NCBI GenBank assembly: GCA_002269645.1
Contig: NIVC01001342.1
Location: forward strand, 124,001-188,000
Length of the DNA: 64,000 nt
Origin: Macrostomum lignano
Lineage: Eukaryota
Reading direction: 5' to 3'
The notes under the pieces are model-generated. The model made no database searches. It worked only from the letters and a program-made list of their open reading frames with translations, and was not told the origin of the DNA. A program made the position numbers and the translations under genes. Position 1 is the first letter of the stretch; every line of letters begins with the position of its first letter. Positions 36,701 to 48,742 of the stretch are shown in pieces.

Positions 36701-37480
36701 CGAGCTGAGCTGCCGAGATGCCGAGGAATCATCTGAGAAATCATCATCATCTCTCGGATTCCACAGACTCTCCAACTCTTCCACATCTCCTTGCCAATCC
36801 TTGGGGAAGCCGTCGCAGGACTGAAGAGATCGCAGCTTCAGCCGTGCTGTTTTGATGAGGTACTTTGCGCTCACCCGCTTCGAATTATCTGAGGAACTAT
36901 CGAGCTGCTCAGCTTCATCAAGAAGCTCCAGAGCTTGAGGCAGATCCGCCATATCAGGATGCGTGTGCAGACACGACAGAGCAACCAGGTACACCGTCTC
37001 GAGCCACGGCTCACTTTGTCGTTTCCATTCGAATTTCTCAATCAGGTCTTTGACGTCTTCAACTTCACTGATGTCGGGGAGCCGCTTAAAATGGCACTCC
37101 ATGCCTACTGGACTCAGCTGGTGCTCGACGCCTCTGACGATCTCGACTTCGAACCAGCGGCCAAGGTTCGAGTTGAGCTTCAGAGAATGCTCTGTGTCTT
37201 CGGGAAGCAACTCGGTGCCATCAGTCTTCTTCAGCTTGAATGAAAGATCCGTCAAAGTCGCTCCGTCCGGAACTTTAAAATTACCGTCCGTCTCTATCAT
37301 GTTGATGGTGACTTCTTTCTGCCAGATGCTGTCTCTCAAGTTGATCAGATGCACGGGCTCTGAGAGCTCCGGGCAGTTTCCAACCAAAGCCAATTGCTCA
37401 CCGGCTGCAGTTTCATAGCCGCAGTTGAAACTGATTGAAACTCTGACTGTCCCTGCATTTTCGGTTCCCTGTTCAGTCAT
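33731..37480 (-). CDS. CBM20-like + IFIT-like TPR + putative HEPN-like protein, paralog 2 (1249 aa)
   Basis: N-term VSISFNCGYETAAGEQLALVGNCPEL..W (CBM20-like); ECHF..LPQALELLDEAE..VGWILLRCGFGKLTEAEEYFTEASEKDSSN (IFIT-like); C-terminal domain shared with 18047-20863. Confidence 0.78.
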   Translation of the reverse strand: MTEQGTENAGTVRVSISFNCGYETAAGEQLALVGNCPELSEPVHLINLRDSIWQKEVTINMIETDGNFKVPDGATLTDLSFKLKKTDGTELLPEDTEHSLKLNSNLGRWFEVEIVRGVEHQLSPVGMECHFKRLPDISEVEDVKDLIEKFEWKRQSEPWLETVYLVALSCLHTHPDMADLPQALELLDEAEQLDSSSDNSKRVSAKYLIKTARLKLRSLQSCDGFPKDWQGDVEELESLWNPRDDDDFSDDSSASRQLSSVGWILLRCGFGKLTEAEEYFTEASEKDSSNFYGLFGLAVTKSRIRRSRDNRCAAEKEELELWEKAEQICRESHRDTLPLLLASYAEATLNSDGPKAKELIENATRELNESYDNYSAQKCLSVLVTVLSVCRKLCKKLKGEDRMKITEISAKAFRLASKLLNQSGSNEWYESPDLHHQMAHYLFKQERKIEEARKHFKKADPENNIWVAKSLIDLDQNQNIFDVQERKSEDDRIEWICQRYDSLCLRPSREAHKAHVVAEKGYFLAINGRLAEGAQCIAWALNEYAGDEPPNWHSCLSEYQKNELKKKLGHRDNDDARFILSFIDERDSAAAVRECCREIKAQPNINLSFARLSDLLNNSKLFLEFLRALDAKFPADSVRTALESQRDSWATAAMFKFYREYPENDTFTEDELKKLLSNPTEIQLTRFKEKLWQIDGKFSATSVLAALNQYPKWATAAKEKLRQKYQNAELKIDELEDLLSASDENMLAKFIAQIDNGGLPAKTVIAELREQREKLIEDLLAATTNYPHQLWTELQGVLHLELEQFDAAKEKFELLDSKLPHRRELIADSIMSKLSKLEHPGTQSKAKRDGLLECLRLKCKDAGQQVLEFLQGLRNDFNNNNNKVRPRVSGGRHRVPKLHHRDQYELVARLLNLRKSSTSFFTKKRLLYKKLEILGVEFDLAMQDSYKKAVNEAEVKFRDICDKVKEEFDLNPYPRQALLSATRYHLIADRQQEKKFLKQTLENSHKVLDHAWKSFNIQVQQSSELTESFPPVAYFPFAYKNSSANKDQKPKKLTKSSEAEMEKQVKRYQTEPDSFSIESLTDDIGHYFNGSKKLNFFPAVMDSDNKEARCLVKREHRILSSEGAWIILWVWSVNEEKHAMQLEIDALEEKVQRLLTADGAPRSVYELAHRAAEFAEETRLLLDDAAVARAVDSAKGADAIFSIRGLYSICAKTNPEAIAKSEARAMAKTQPKVDDETEDFGLSEFLNIP

Positions 37481-37649
37481 GTCGGCGGTGACGATTCCGA
37501 CTCCAACTCCGAGCTGCTCTGCTCTTCTTCTGGGGTGACTCGGGTGAGCGGCTGCTCAGTTGCTGAGTCCCTGCTGAGAGAAGAGTGCCGAGTGAGCAGC
37601 CAGTTAGCGCTGAACTGAGCTGAAAGAGCAATGGGGATTTGTCACAGTG

Positions 37650-40600
37650 AGTGAATCTCCATATCACAGTGAGTGAATCTCCATATCACACTGAGTGAAT
37701 CTCCATATCACAGTGAATTAATCTCTATATCACAGTGAATTAATCTCTATATCACAGTGAATTAATCTCTATATCACAGTGAATTAATCTCTATATCACA
37801 GTGAATTAATCTCTATATCACAGTGAATTAATCTCTATATCACAGTGAATTAATCTCTATATCACAGTGAATTAATCTCTATATCACAGTGAATTAATCT
37901 CTATATCACAGTGAATTAATCTCTATATCACAGTGAATTAATCTCTATATCACAGTGAATTAATCTCTATATCACAGTGAATTAATCTCTATATCACAGT
38001 GAATTAATCTCTATATCACAGTGAATTAATCTCTATATCACAGTGAATTAATCTCTATATCACAGTGAATTAATCTCTATATCACAGTGAATTAATCTCT
38101 ATATCACAGTGAATTAATCTCTATATCACAATGAATTAATCTCTATATCACAGTGAGTGAATCTCCATATCACAGTGAGTGAATCTCCATATCACAGTGA
38201 ATTAATCTCTATATCACAGTGAATTAATCTCTATATCACAGTGAGTGAATCTCCATATCACAGTGAGTGAATCTCCATATCACAGTGAATTAATCTCCAT
38301 ATCACAGTGAATTAATCTCCATATCACAGTGAATTAATCTCTATATCACAGTGAATTAATCTCCATATCACAGTGAATTAATCTCTATATCACAGTGAAT
38401 TAATCTCTATATCACAGTGAATTAATCTCAATATCACAGTGAGTGAATCTCCATATCACAATGAATTAATCTCCATATCACAGTGAGTGAATCTCTATAT
38501 CACAGTGAATTAATCTCTATATCACAGTGAATTAATCTCTATATCACAGTGAATTAATCTCTATATCACAGTGAATAAATCTCCATATCACAGTGAGTGA
38601 ATCTCCATATCACAGTGAATTAATCTCTATATCACAGTGAGTGAATCTCCATATCACAGTGAATTAATCTCTATATCACAGTGAGTGAATCTCCATATCA
38701 CAGTGAATTAATCTCCATATCACAGTGAATTAATCTCTATATCACAGTGAATTAATCTCTATATCACAGTGAATTAATCTCCATATCACAGTGAGTGAAT
38801 CTCCATATCACAATGAATTAATCTCCATATCACAGTGAATTAATCTCTATATCACAGTGAGTGAATCTCCATATCACAGTGAATTAATCTCTATATCACA
38901 GTGAGTGAATCTCCATATCACAGTGAATTAATCTCTATATCACAGTGAGTGAATCTCCATATCACAATGAATTAATCTCTATATCACAGTGAATTAATCT
39001 CAATATCACAGTGAGTGAATCTCCATATCACAATGAATTAATCTCCATATCACAGTGAGTGAATCTCTATATCACAGTGAATTAATCTCTATATCACAGT
39101 GAATTAATCTCTATATCACAGTGAATTAATCTCTATATCACAGTGAATTAATCTCTATATCACAGTGAGTGAATCTCCATATCACAGTGAATTAATCTCT
39201 ATATCACAGTGAGTGAATCTCCATATCACAGTGAATTAATCTCTATATCACAGTGAGTGAATCTCCATATCACAGTGAATAAATCTCCATATCACAGTGA
39301 ATTAATCTCCATATCACAGTGAATTAATCTCTATATCACAGTGAGTGAATCTCCATATCACAGTGAGTGAATCTCTATATCACAGTGAATTAATCTCTAT
39401 ATCACAGTGAATTAATCTCTATATCACAGTGAATTAATCTCTATATCACAGTGAATTAATCTCCATATCACAGTGAGTGAATCTCCATATCACAGTGAGT
39501 GAATCTCCATATCACAGTGAGTGAATCTCCATATCACAATGAATTAATCTCCATATCACAGTGAATTAATCTCTATATCACAGTGAATTAATCTCCATAT
39601 CACAGTGAGTGAATCTCCATATCACAGTGAGTGAATCTCCATATCACAGTGAATTAATCTCTATATCACAGTGAATTAATCTCTATATCACAGTGAATTA
39701 ATCTCTATATCACAGTGAATTAATCTCTATATCACAGTGAATTAATCTCTATATCACAGTGAGTGAATCTCCATATCACAGTGAGTGAATCTCCATATCA
39801 CAGTGAATTAATCTCCATATCACAGTGAATTAATCTCCATATCACAGTGAGTGAATCTCCATATCACAGTGAGTGAATCTCCATATCACAATGAATTAAT
39901 CTCCATATCACAGTGAATTAATCTCTATATCACAGTGAATTAATCTCTATATCACAGTGAATTAATCTCTATATCACAGTGAGTGAATCTCCATATCACA
40001 GTGAGTGAATCTCCATATCACAGTGAATTAATCTCCATATCACAGTGAATTAATCTCCATATCACAGTGAATTAATCTCTATATCACAGTGAATTAATCT
40101 CTATATCACAGTGAATTAATCTCTATATCACAGTGAATTAATCTCTATATCACAGTGAATTAATCTCTATATCACAGTGAATAAATCTCAATATCACAGT
40201 GAGTGAATCTCCATATCACAGTGAGTGAATCTCCATATCACAATGAATTAATCTCCATATCACAGTGAATTAATCTCTATATCACAGTGAATTAATCTCT
40301 ATATCACAGTGAATTAATCTCTATATCACAGTGAATTAATCTCTATATCACAGTGAATTAATCTCTATATCACAGTGAATTAATCTCTATATCACAGTGA
40401 GTGAATCTCCATATCACAGTGAGTGAATCTCCATATCACAGTGAATTAATCTCCATATCACAGTGAATTAATCTCCATATCACAGTGAATTAATCTCTAT
40501 ATCACAGTGAGTGAATCTCCATATCACAGTGAATTAATCTCCATATCACAGTGAATTAATCTCCATATCACAGTGAATTAATCTCCATATCACAGTGAAT

Positions 40601-43580
40601 TAATCTCTATATCACAGTGAATTAATCTCTATATCACAGTGAATTAATCTCTATATCACAGTGAATTAATCTCTATATCACAGTGAATTAATCTCCATAT
40701 CACAGTGAATTAATCTCCATATCACAGTGAATTAATCTCTATATCACAGTGAATTAATCTCTATATCACAGTGAATTAATCTCTATATCACAGTGAATTA
40801 ATCTCCATATCACAGTGAATTAATCTCCATATCACAGTGAATTAATCTCTATATCACAGTGAATTAATCTCTATATCACAGTGAATTAATCTCCATATCA
40901 CAGTGAATTAATCTCTATATCACAGTGAGTGAATCTCCATATCACAGTGAATTAATCTCTATATCACAGTGAGTGAATCTCCATATCACAGTGAATAAAT
41001 CTCTATATCACAGTGAGTGAATCTCCATATCACAGTGAATAAATCTCTATATCACAGTGAGTGAATCTCCATATCACAGTGAATTAATCTCTATATCACA
41101 GTGAGTGAATCTCCATATCACAGTGAATAAATCTCTATATCACAGTGAATTAATCTCCATATCACAGTGAATAAATCTCCATATCACAGTGAATAAATCT
41201 CCATATCACAGTGAATAAATCTCTATATCACAGTGAGTGAATCTCCATATCACAGTGAATAAATCTCCATATCACAGTGAGTGAATCTCTATATCACAGT
41301 GAATAAATCTCCATATCACACTGAATAAATCTCCATATCACAGTGAATTAATCTCTATATCACAGTGAATTAATCTCTATATCACAGTGAATTAATCTCT
41401 ATATCACAGTGAATTAATCTCTATATCACAGTGAATTAATCTCCATATCACAGTGAATTAATCTCTATATCACAGTGAATTAATCTCCATATCACAGTGA
41501 GTGAATCTCCATATCACAGTGAGTGAATCTCCATATCACAGTGAATTAATCTCTATATCACAGTGAATTAATCTCCATATCACAGTGAGTGAATCTCCAT
41601 ATCACAGTGAGTGAATCTCCATATCACACTGAATAAATCTCAATATCACAGTGAGTGAATCTCCATATCACAGTGAATTAATCTCTATATCACAGTGAAT
41701 TAATCTCTATATCACAGTGAATTAATCTCCATATCACAGTGAATTAATCTCTATATCACAGTGAATTAATCTCTATATCACAGTGAATTAATCTCCATAT
41801 CACAGTGAATTAATCTCTATATCACAGTGAATTAATCTCTATATCACAGTGAATTAATCTCTATATCACAGTGAATTAATCTCTATATCACACTGAATAA
41901 ATCTCAATATCACAGTGAGTGAATCTCCATATCACACTGAATAAATCTCAATATCACAGTGAGTGAATCTCCATATCACACTGAATAAATCTCAATATCA
42001 CAGTGAGTGAATCTCCATATCACACTGAATAAATCTCAATATCACAGTGAGTGAATCTCCATATCACACTGAATAAATCTCAATATCACAGTGAGTGAAT
42101 CTCCATATCACAGTGAGTGAATCTCCATATCACAGTGAATAAATCTCCATATCACAGTGAGTGAATCTCCATATCACACTGAATAAATCTCAATATCACA
42201 GTGAGTGAATCTCCATATCACAGTGAGTGAATCTCCATATCACAGTGAATTAATCTCCATATCACAGTGAATGAATCTCTATATCACAGTGAATTAATCT
42301 CTATATCACAGTGAATTAATCTCCATATCACAGTGAATTAATCTCCATATCACAGTGAATTAATCTCTATATCACAGTGAGTGAATCTCCATATCACAGT
42401 GAATAAATCTCCATATCACAGTGAATAAATCTCTATATCACAGTGAGTGAATCTCCATATCACAGTGAATAAATCTCCATATCACAGTGAATAAATCTCC
42501 ATATCACAGTGAATAAATCTCTATATCACAGTGAGTGAATCTCCATATCACAGTGAATAAATCTCCATATCACAGTGAGTGAATCTCTATATCACAGTGA
42601 ATAAATCTCCATATCACACTGAATAAATCTCCATATCACAGTGAATTAATCTCTATATCACAGTGAATTAATCTCTATATCACAGTGAATTAATCTCTAT
42701 ATCACAGTGAATTAATCTCTATATCACAGTGAATTAATCTCTATATCACAGTGAATTAATCTCTATATCACAGTGAATTAATCTCCATATCACAGTGAGT
42801 GAATCTCCATATCACAGTGAATTAATCTCTATATCACAGTGAATTAATCTCCATATCACAGTGAGTGAATCTCCATATCACAATGAGTGAATCTCCATAT
42901 CACAGTGAATTAATCTCTATATCACAGTGAATTAATCTCCATATCACAGTGAGTGAATCTCCATATCACAGTGAATTAATCTCTATATCACAGTGAATTA
43001 ATCTCCATATCACAGTGAGTGAATCTCCATATCACAGTGAATTAATCTCCATATCACAGTGAATTAATCTCCATATCACAGTGAGTGAATCTCCATATCA
43101 CAGTGAATTAATCTCCATATCACAGTGAATTAATCTCTATATCACAGTGAATTAATCTCTATATCACAGTGAATTAATCTCCATATCACAGTGAATTAAT
43201 CTCTATATCACAGTGAATTAATCTCCATATCACAGTGAGTGAATCTCCATATCACAGTGAATTAATCTCTATATCACAGTGAATTAATCTCTATATCACA
43301 GTGAATTAATCTCTATATCACAGTGAATTAATCTCCATATCACAGTGAGTGAATCTCCATATCACAGTGAATTAATCTCTATATCACAGTGAATTAATCT
43401 CTATATCACAGTGAATTAATCTCTATATCACAGTGAATTAATCTCTATATCACAGTGAATTAATCTCTATATCACAGTGAATAAATCTCAATATCACAGT
43501 GAGTGAATCTCCATATCACAGTGAGTGAATCTCCATATCACAGTGAATTAATCTCTATATCACAGTGAATGAATCTCCAC
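37650..43580. repeat. 22-bp satellite (ATCACAGTGAATTAATCTCTAT)n, ~5.9 kb
   Basis: Period 22 with a few recurring variants; an acceptor-like TCTTTCAG on the minus strand at ~37620 suggests it lies in a 5' intron. Confidence 0.98.
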
Positions 43581-45269
43581 ATCTCCACATAGCAGGGTCC
43601 TCATCCCCTAAAAACTCATTTTAATACAAATGTTCCCAGTTGTCTCCCCAAGTTCCTATTATAAACAGCACGAGCCGAATTACAAATCCAAGTTCGTCTT
43701 TGTTACACTTGTGTCACTTTAACGTTCATATTTTTATGGCCAGCTCCTGCCCAAATTTTCTTCATATAACCGGGGTCATTCTCATCCCCTGTCTTTCCAT
43801 TGGGGATTAAGCCAGCTAGATCCCCAGATGAAACCTGGGTTCTCAACCAAATACTGTCAAAGTTGGCAATTCTCTCCAGCACACAAGTTCACTTACGCAG
43901 AAAATGTAGAAGAAAATATTCTTCAATTTAAGGCGCAGTTGTCTGAGTCTGCCGCTAGCAAGCAGTGGTCTGGGTCTGTTTAATCCTAGCTGATAAGCAG
44001 AGTGAAGTGAGTGAAAAAGCTGACTAAGTAAGTTTCGCTGGCAAAGCAACTCTTCTCTTGTGCGCCAGAGATTGGGAGTTCCGGACACTCTATAAATTGG
44101 ACGCAAGGGGAGACCCCTTGGGCGCAGCGCGCACGCGCTCGCAGAACAGGCGCGGGAGGGCCGGCAGCAGCAGCCTGAGGGATCAGCGCAACCGCCTGCA
44201 AGTCAGCGGTTGAGTCAGTCAGGGTGGCAGCGGCGCAATCGCCTCTTATCGATCCGTACGGTTTAAAAACCCCGGCATTGAAAGCGGTACTGAACTGCGT
44301 GTGCAAACTTGCGTGGAGAAAAGAACAGAAAAATTCAGAGCAATTGCACTGAAGGCAAAGCCTGCAGAATGCGGGTTTAAACTCCCACCGCATGCGGCGG
44401 AGAGGACAAGGAGAAGAGGAGAGGAATTATTGCAGCTTTGGAAATTATCAAAAAATGGAGAAACTCCCGTTTGTTGTGTGTCAAAACACTTTGTGTGTCA
44501 ACTCAAACTCGGGACTGTAAACCACAAAACTTGGAGGCCGATCTTATTACGAGTAACTTACTCCTCGAAAAGCATTACTTCCATAGGTTCTGCCTTGTAG
44601 TCAGTGAGTTTGTGTCCGTGGTAAAAACCGATCCAATTGATAGGCCTCCAAGTTTTGTCGTTTCCAGTCCCGAGTTCAAGTAGTCCCTGTGCGTCATGGA
44701 TGACGGAATAAAACGATTCTGTGCCTTCACCCATGGTGTGTGTATAGTGATGCTGATTGCGAATGCACGCCGGTGAGCACAGATAGACTGGATCGCAGCA
44801 TGTGAATCTCCTGCTATAAGAATCATATTTAATCCAATATAATTTAGAGAATTTAAAGGATAGGACTTAGGCTAAGGTTATGTTAAGAAATTGAAACGTT
44901 ATCAGAGCGTGGTGGAGTGCAGCAGTAATGGACAGCTGCACTCTTACAAAAAGCCACGAGTGCTTGATGACGGCATTGTAAAGGCGAGTGCAGGCAGCTC
45001 TAAAAGTTCATTTTCCACTTTAAAAAAATTTTTATGGCTTTTATGTGGGGCGGGGACTCAACTACAGCCAATGCTGAAACATTTCAGATGACGCAAGAGC
45101 AGGAAGATCCGTGGGAATCGGCCAGAATCGCGAGTCTTGGAATTCGGCTCACTAATATTCGATGAGAACATTTTGAAGGGGTGTCGTGGGGGAAAACTTA
45201 TTGTAAATAACGGGACAGTTGCACACCTATTCCTGCTTGCTGTTATATTAAATTGTTACTAACCAAATA

Positions 45270-45830
<561 letters not shown>

Positions 45831-46297
45831 AGTAGAAGGCATGAGGGGGCTTCTGGGACAAAATTTTTCACTTCCTCCATAATCCACCTAAATCCATTCA
45901 TATTATCCCTGACAGAATCAGAAAAAAAGGGGGGTCGCACTCGCTCACAAAACGTCCTCCATAATCCCATTAAATCCATCCATATTATCCCGACAGAATC
46001 ATGAAAAAGTGGAGGGGTCGCACTTGCTCCGAAAACTTCGAACATAATCGTATTAAATCCATCCATATTATCCCTGACAGAATCAGTGCATAACAGATGT
46101 CCACTAACACCTGTTATGCTCACTGACACTGACATCATCCACCGACATCCACCCATAAAATTTCTAAAACAATCAGAAAATAATCTGCATTCTTCTCCCC
46201 ACATTCAATCCGCAACGTGCTACCACATCCCTAAGACTTTAAATCCCCTAACCCAGGGTCCTTACCCTTTGAAAAAAAAACTAAATTCTCAATAAAA

Positions 46298-46537
46298 ATG
46301 TTTCCAATCGTCTCTCCAGGTTCTTATTATACTCAGCCTAATCCATTGTACAAATCCAAGTACCGATGCAAACTAGAATGCAGCGAGTACATGAGAAAAT
46401 ATTGGCCCGATGTTGATATCAATGCCCCTAATATTAATCTAGCTCTTCAAAGACACTGGTTTCATAAGTACGGAGTAACCTACGTAAAAGATTACGACAG
46501 CTACTATAACTTTGCAGAAATCATTAGGCAATTGTGA
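46298..46537 (+). CDS. 79-aa aromatic-rich hypothetical protein of the element
   Basis: AAAAATG start like the other viral genes; stop is convergent with penton. Confidence 0.5.
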   Translation: MFPIVSPGSYYTQPNPLYKSKYRCKLECSEYMRKYWPDVDINAPNINLALQRHWFHKYGVTYVKDYDSYYNFAEIIRQL

Positions 46538-46541
46538 TTTC

Positions 46542-47405
46542 TTACATTCTCTCAATGATCAACGTCAATACAAACTCTTCACCGTTGAAATCAACACCCA
46601 CCCCATCTTCAGTCTCAAACTGTAGCACAATCTCGTGAATCTCCTTATTACTCAATACAACTCTTTTCACTGGATTTGGTTTCTCTACCACCATCTGTCC
46701 TCCAGCAACAGAGTTGGAGATGTTGTACAAAATATTCGTTCGCTTTCCCTTAAATACCCAATCAAGACTGAGATTGCTTCTGATTAGAATATTCAAACCC
46801 TTTACAATGTCTGCAATATTGGGTGCTAAGAACAAACCGCTTACATTTTCCCGGGCCATTTTAACAGTCCCCGATGCTTGAGTGGCGGTCCGCGCCGCGG
46901 ATTCTGCCTTATAAACTTTCTTCTCGAATCCCAGTTCCCTATACCAAGTGTCATCTTTAAACTCAACCTCCGCATCTTTGTGAACTTGCATGACCACTCT
47001 CATTACAGTGAGATCATAGGTTAGTTTGACAGGGAACAGTTTCTTTTCTGGCTTACTCGCATCAGGTGTCTCGAAATGGCCTCTTTTAGTAAAGACATTT
47101 TCTAGAAAGTTATTGTAGGTATCCACACTTTGCGTGCTCACATGGAATACCACAGGGTCTGCTGCTGCACCTTTCCATTTGTAATAAAACTTATTATTTG
47201 CTGCCATCACATTGGGAACGTTTGACCAACCAGTGAAGTCATTAAGATAGACATGGTAATTAGCGCCAGGATCCAGGCGAATCGCCTGCTCTAATTTTTC
47301 AACAAATATCCCGTTTGAGTCATTAATTCTCCCGGTTATTGTAATAGGAATGCTCTCCTTAGAGTGTGAAACAATGTTATTTAGTCTTTCGGCTATAGCT
47401 TCCAT
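46542..47405 (-). CDS. Minor capsid protein (penton, single jelly-roll)
   Basis: WSNVPNV..NNKFYY; ILIRSNL; EKPNP; IHEIVLQFETEDG..VDFNGE..VLTLII pattern typical of Polinton pentons; adjacent to MCP. Confidence 0.85.
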   Translation of the reverse strand: MEAIAERLNNIVSHSKESIPITITGRINDSNGIFVEKLEQAIRLDPGANYHVYLNDFTGWSNVPNVMAANNKFYYKWKGAAADPVVFHVSTQSVDTYNNFLENVFTKRGHFETPDASKPEKKLFPVKLTYDLTVMRVVMQVHKDAEVEFKDDTWYRELGFEKKVYKAESAARTATQASGTVKMARENVSGLFLAPNIADIVKGLNILIRSNLSLDWVFKGKRTNILYNISNSVAGGQMVVEKPNPVKRVVLSNKEIHEIVLQFETEDGVGVDFNGEEFVLTLIIERM

Positions 47406-47425
47406 TTTTTGTCCTAAAAAAATAT

Positions 47426-48712
47426 TTAAACTTTACTGGATGAATTGTTGATCATGTTAAGCTTCACCTTCCTCTCAAATGCATAGACAATGTACAGGTC
47501 CACGGGTGTTGCGGCAGTCCTTTCAATGTTAGTCACGATATTCACAGGGCTGTTATCAGTAGGCATTTGTCTGGCAGACACATCAGCGCCAAACATCGGA
47601 TATAGAGTTCCATATTGAAGAGCAGTGATAGCAATTCCATTGTTCTCTTTCACACCCAAGTCGACCAACTCGCTGTAAAATTTGCTAATTTTGTTCTGAC
47701 TGAAATCTCCATTTTGTGGCAGTGCAGGGTAAAGATTATCACTGATTTCATGCTGAATGGACCGCACGTCTCCATGCATGTAGCGTATAATGCTATTTGG
47801 GTTTCTCATATTAATAATGATATACCTTGGATTGCTGCATGATCCCTCTTTAATGCAGATGTTTGTTCTAGTTTCGTTTCGCTCATCTCGACACATGTAG
47901 GCCGTGTATGCAACATCAATGTCCTTCTCTATTGCCTTGAGATAATCCGCTTTTAGTGCAGTCTTTGGCTCAATGACTTCCAAATACAGCTCGATTCCGG
48001 TTAGCTTCACCTCCATCCTTGTGTGGTCCGCCCCAGTCCACAACACTCTACTGCGATCATCTCTAGTCATCTTAAAGGTGTAGCTAAAGTTACTAGTCAG
48101 TCGATTAAATGTATTACAGAATCCACTCATGAATCTCAATGGTACAAATACATCAACAGACCGATACAGCGGGTTCTTAGCAGCATCATCAGCACCTTGC
48201 AATGCATAGTTGTATCTCTTCTTCCTCTTTTTATAGCCACTGTCATTGATATCTCCTTCTTTTTCGTCTGCAATAAAACCCGCACCACTTCCCAATTGAA
48301 TAAAATCAGGATTCTCGATCAAACAATGAGCGTCATAGACAATTCCAAAGTTGGCGATTCGCTCCAACTCAGTGCTCCCATTCGATACACTAAACTCCTT
48401 GAACATGTACGCCCAAAAGTTACTGATCAGAGCCACATCCGCATCATGCTTGTCAACGTTAGCACGAGCCGCATCCGCACCACCCTTTGTCTTGAATTGA
48501 AATGTCATATGGAAGCCGCTCTTAAGACTGTGCACACTAACCAAAGACGAACATCCATTGTATGTAAATGTCAGTGTTTGACCAGGACCAAGATTAGTTT
48601 CATTCTGATTTTCCTGACTGGGAACTCTTACCTGAGTCGCTTTGATTGTGCTATCATCACTCAAAATAGGCTTGTTAATTTTGTAGAAAACTGGTGTCAG
48701 TGGGTCGTTCAT
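47426..48712 (-). CDS. Major capsid protein (double jelly-roll)
   Basis: 428 aa; LISNFWAYMFKEFSV...ELERI, VPLRFMSGFC, NPRYIII, LYPMFGADVS patterns of Polinton MCP; genomic context. Confidence 0.85.
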   Translation of the reverse strand: MNDPLTPVFYKINKPILSDDSTIKATQVRVPSQENQNETNLGPGQTLTFTYNGCSSLVSVHSLKSGFHMTFQFKTKGGADAARANVDKHDADVALISNFWAYMFKEFSVSNGSTELERIANFGIVYDAHCLIENPDFIQLGSGAGFIADEKEGDINDSGYKKRKKRYNYALQGADDAAKNPLYRSVDVFVPLRFMSGFCNTFNRLTSNFSYTFKMTRDDRSRVLWTGADHTRMEVKLTGIELYLEVIEPKTALKADYLKAIEKDIDVAYTAYMCRDERNETRTNICIKEGSCSNPRYIIINMRNPNSIIRYMHGDVRSIQHEISDNLYPALPQNGDFSQNKISKFYSELVDLGVKENNGIAITALQYGTLYPMFGADVSARQMPTDNSPVNIVTNIERTAATPVDLYIVYAFERKVKLNMINNSSSKV

Positions 48713-48742
48713 TTTTTAACTAAAAATAAAATAAAATAAGAA

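Noticed and set aside
37650-43580. CRISPR-like array
   Set aside because: Head-to-tail units without unique spacers, no cas genes, eukaryotic context. The same applies to the other arrays.
43843-45091. Short ORFs left of the (TAAC)n tract as viral or recombinase genes
   Set aside because: No recognisable motifs, and they lack the A-run starts typical of the element.
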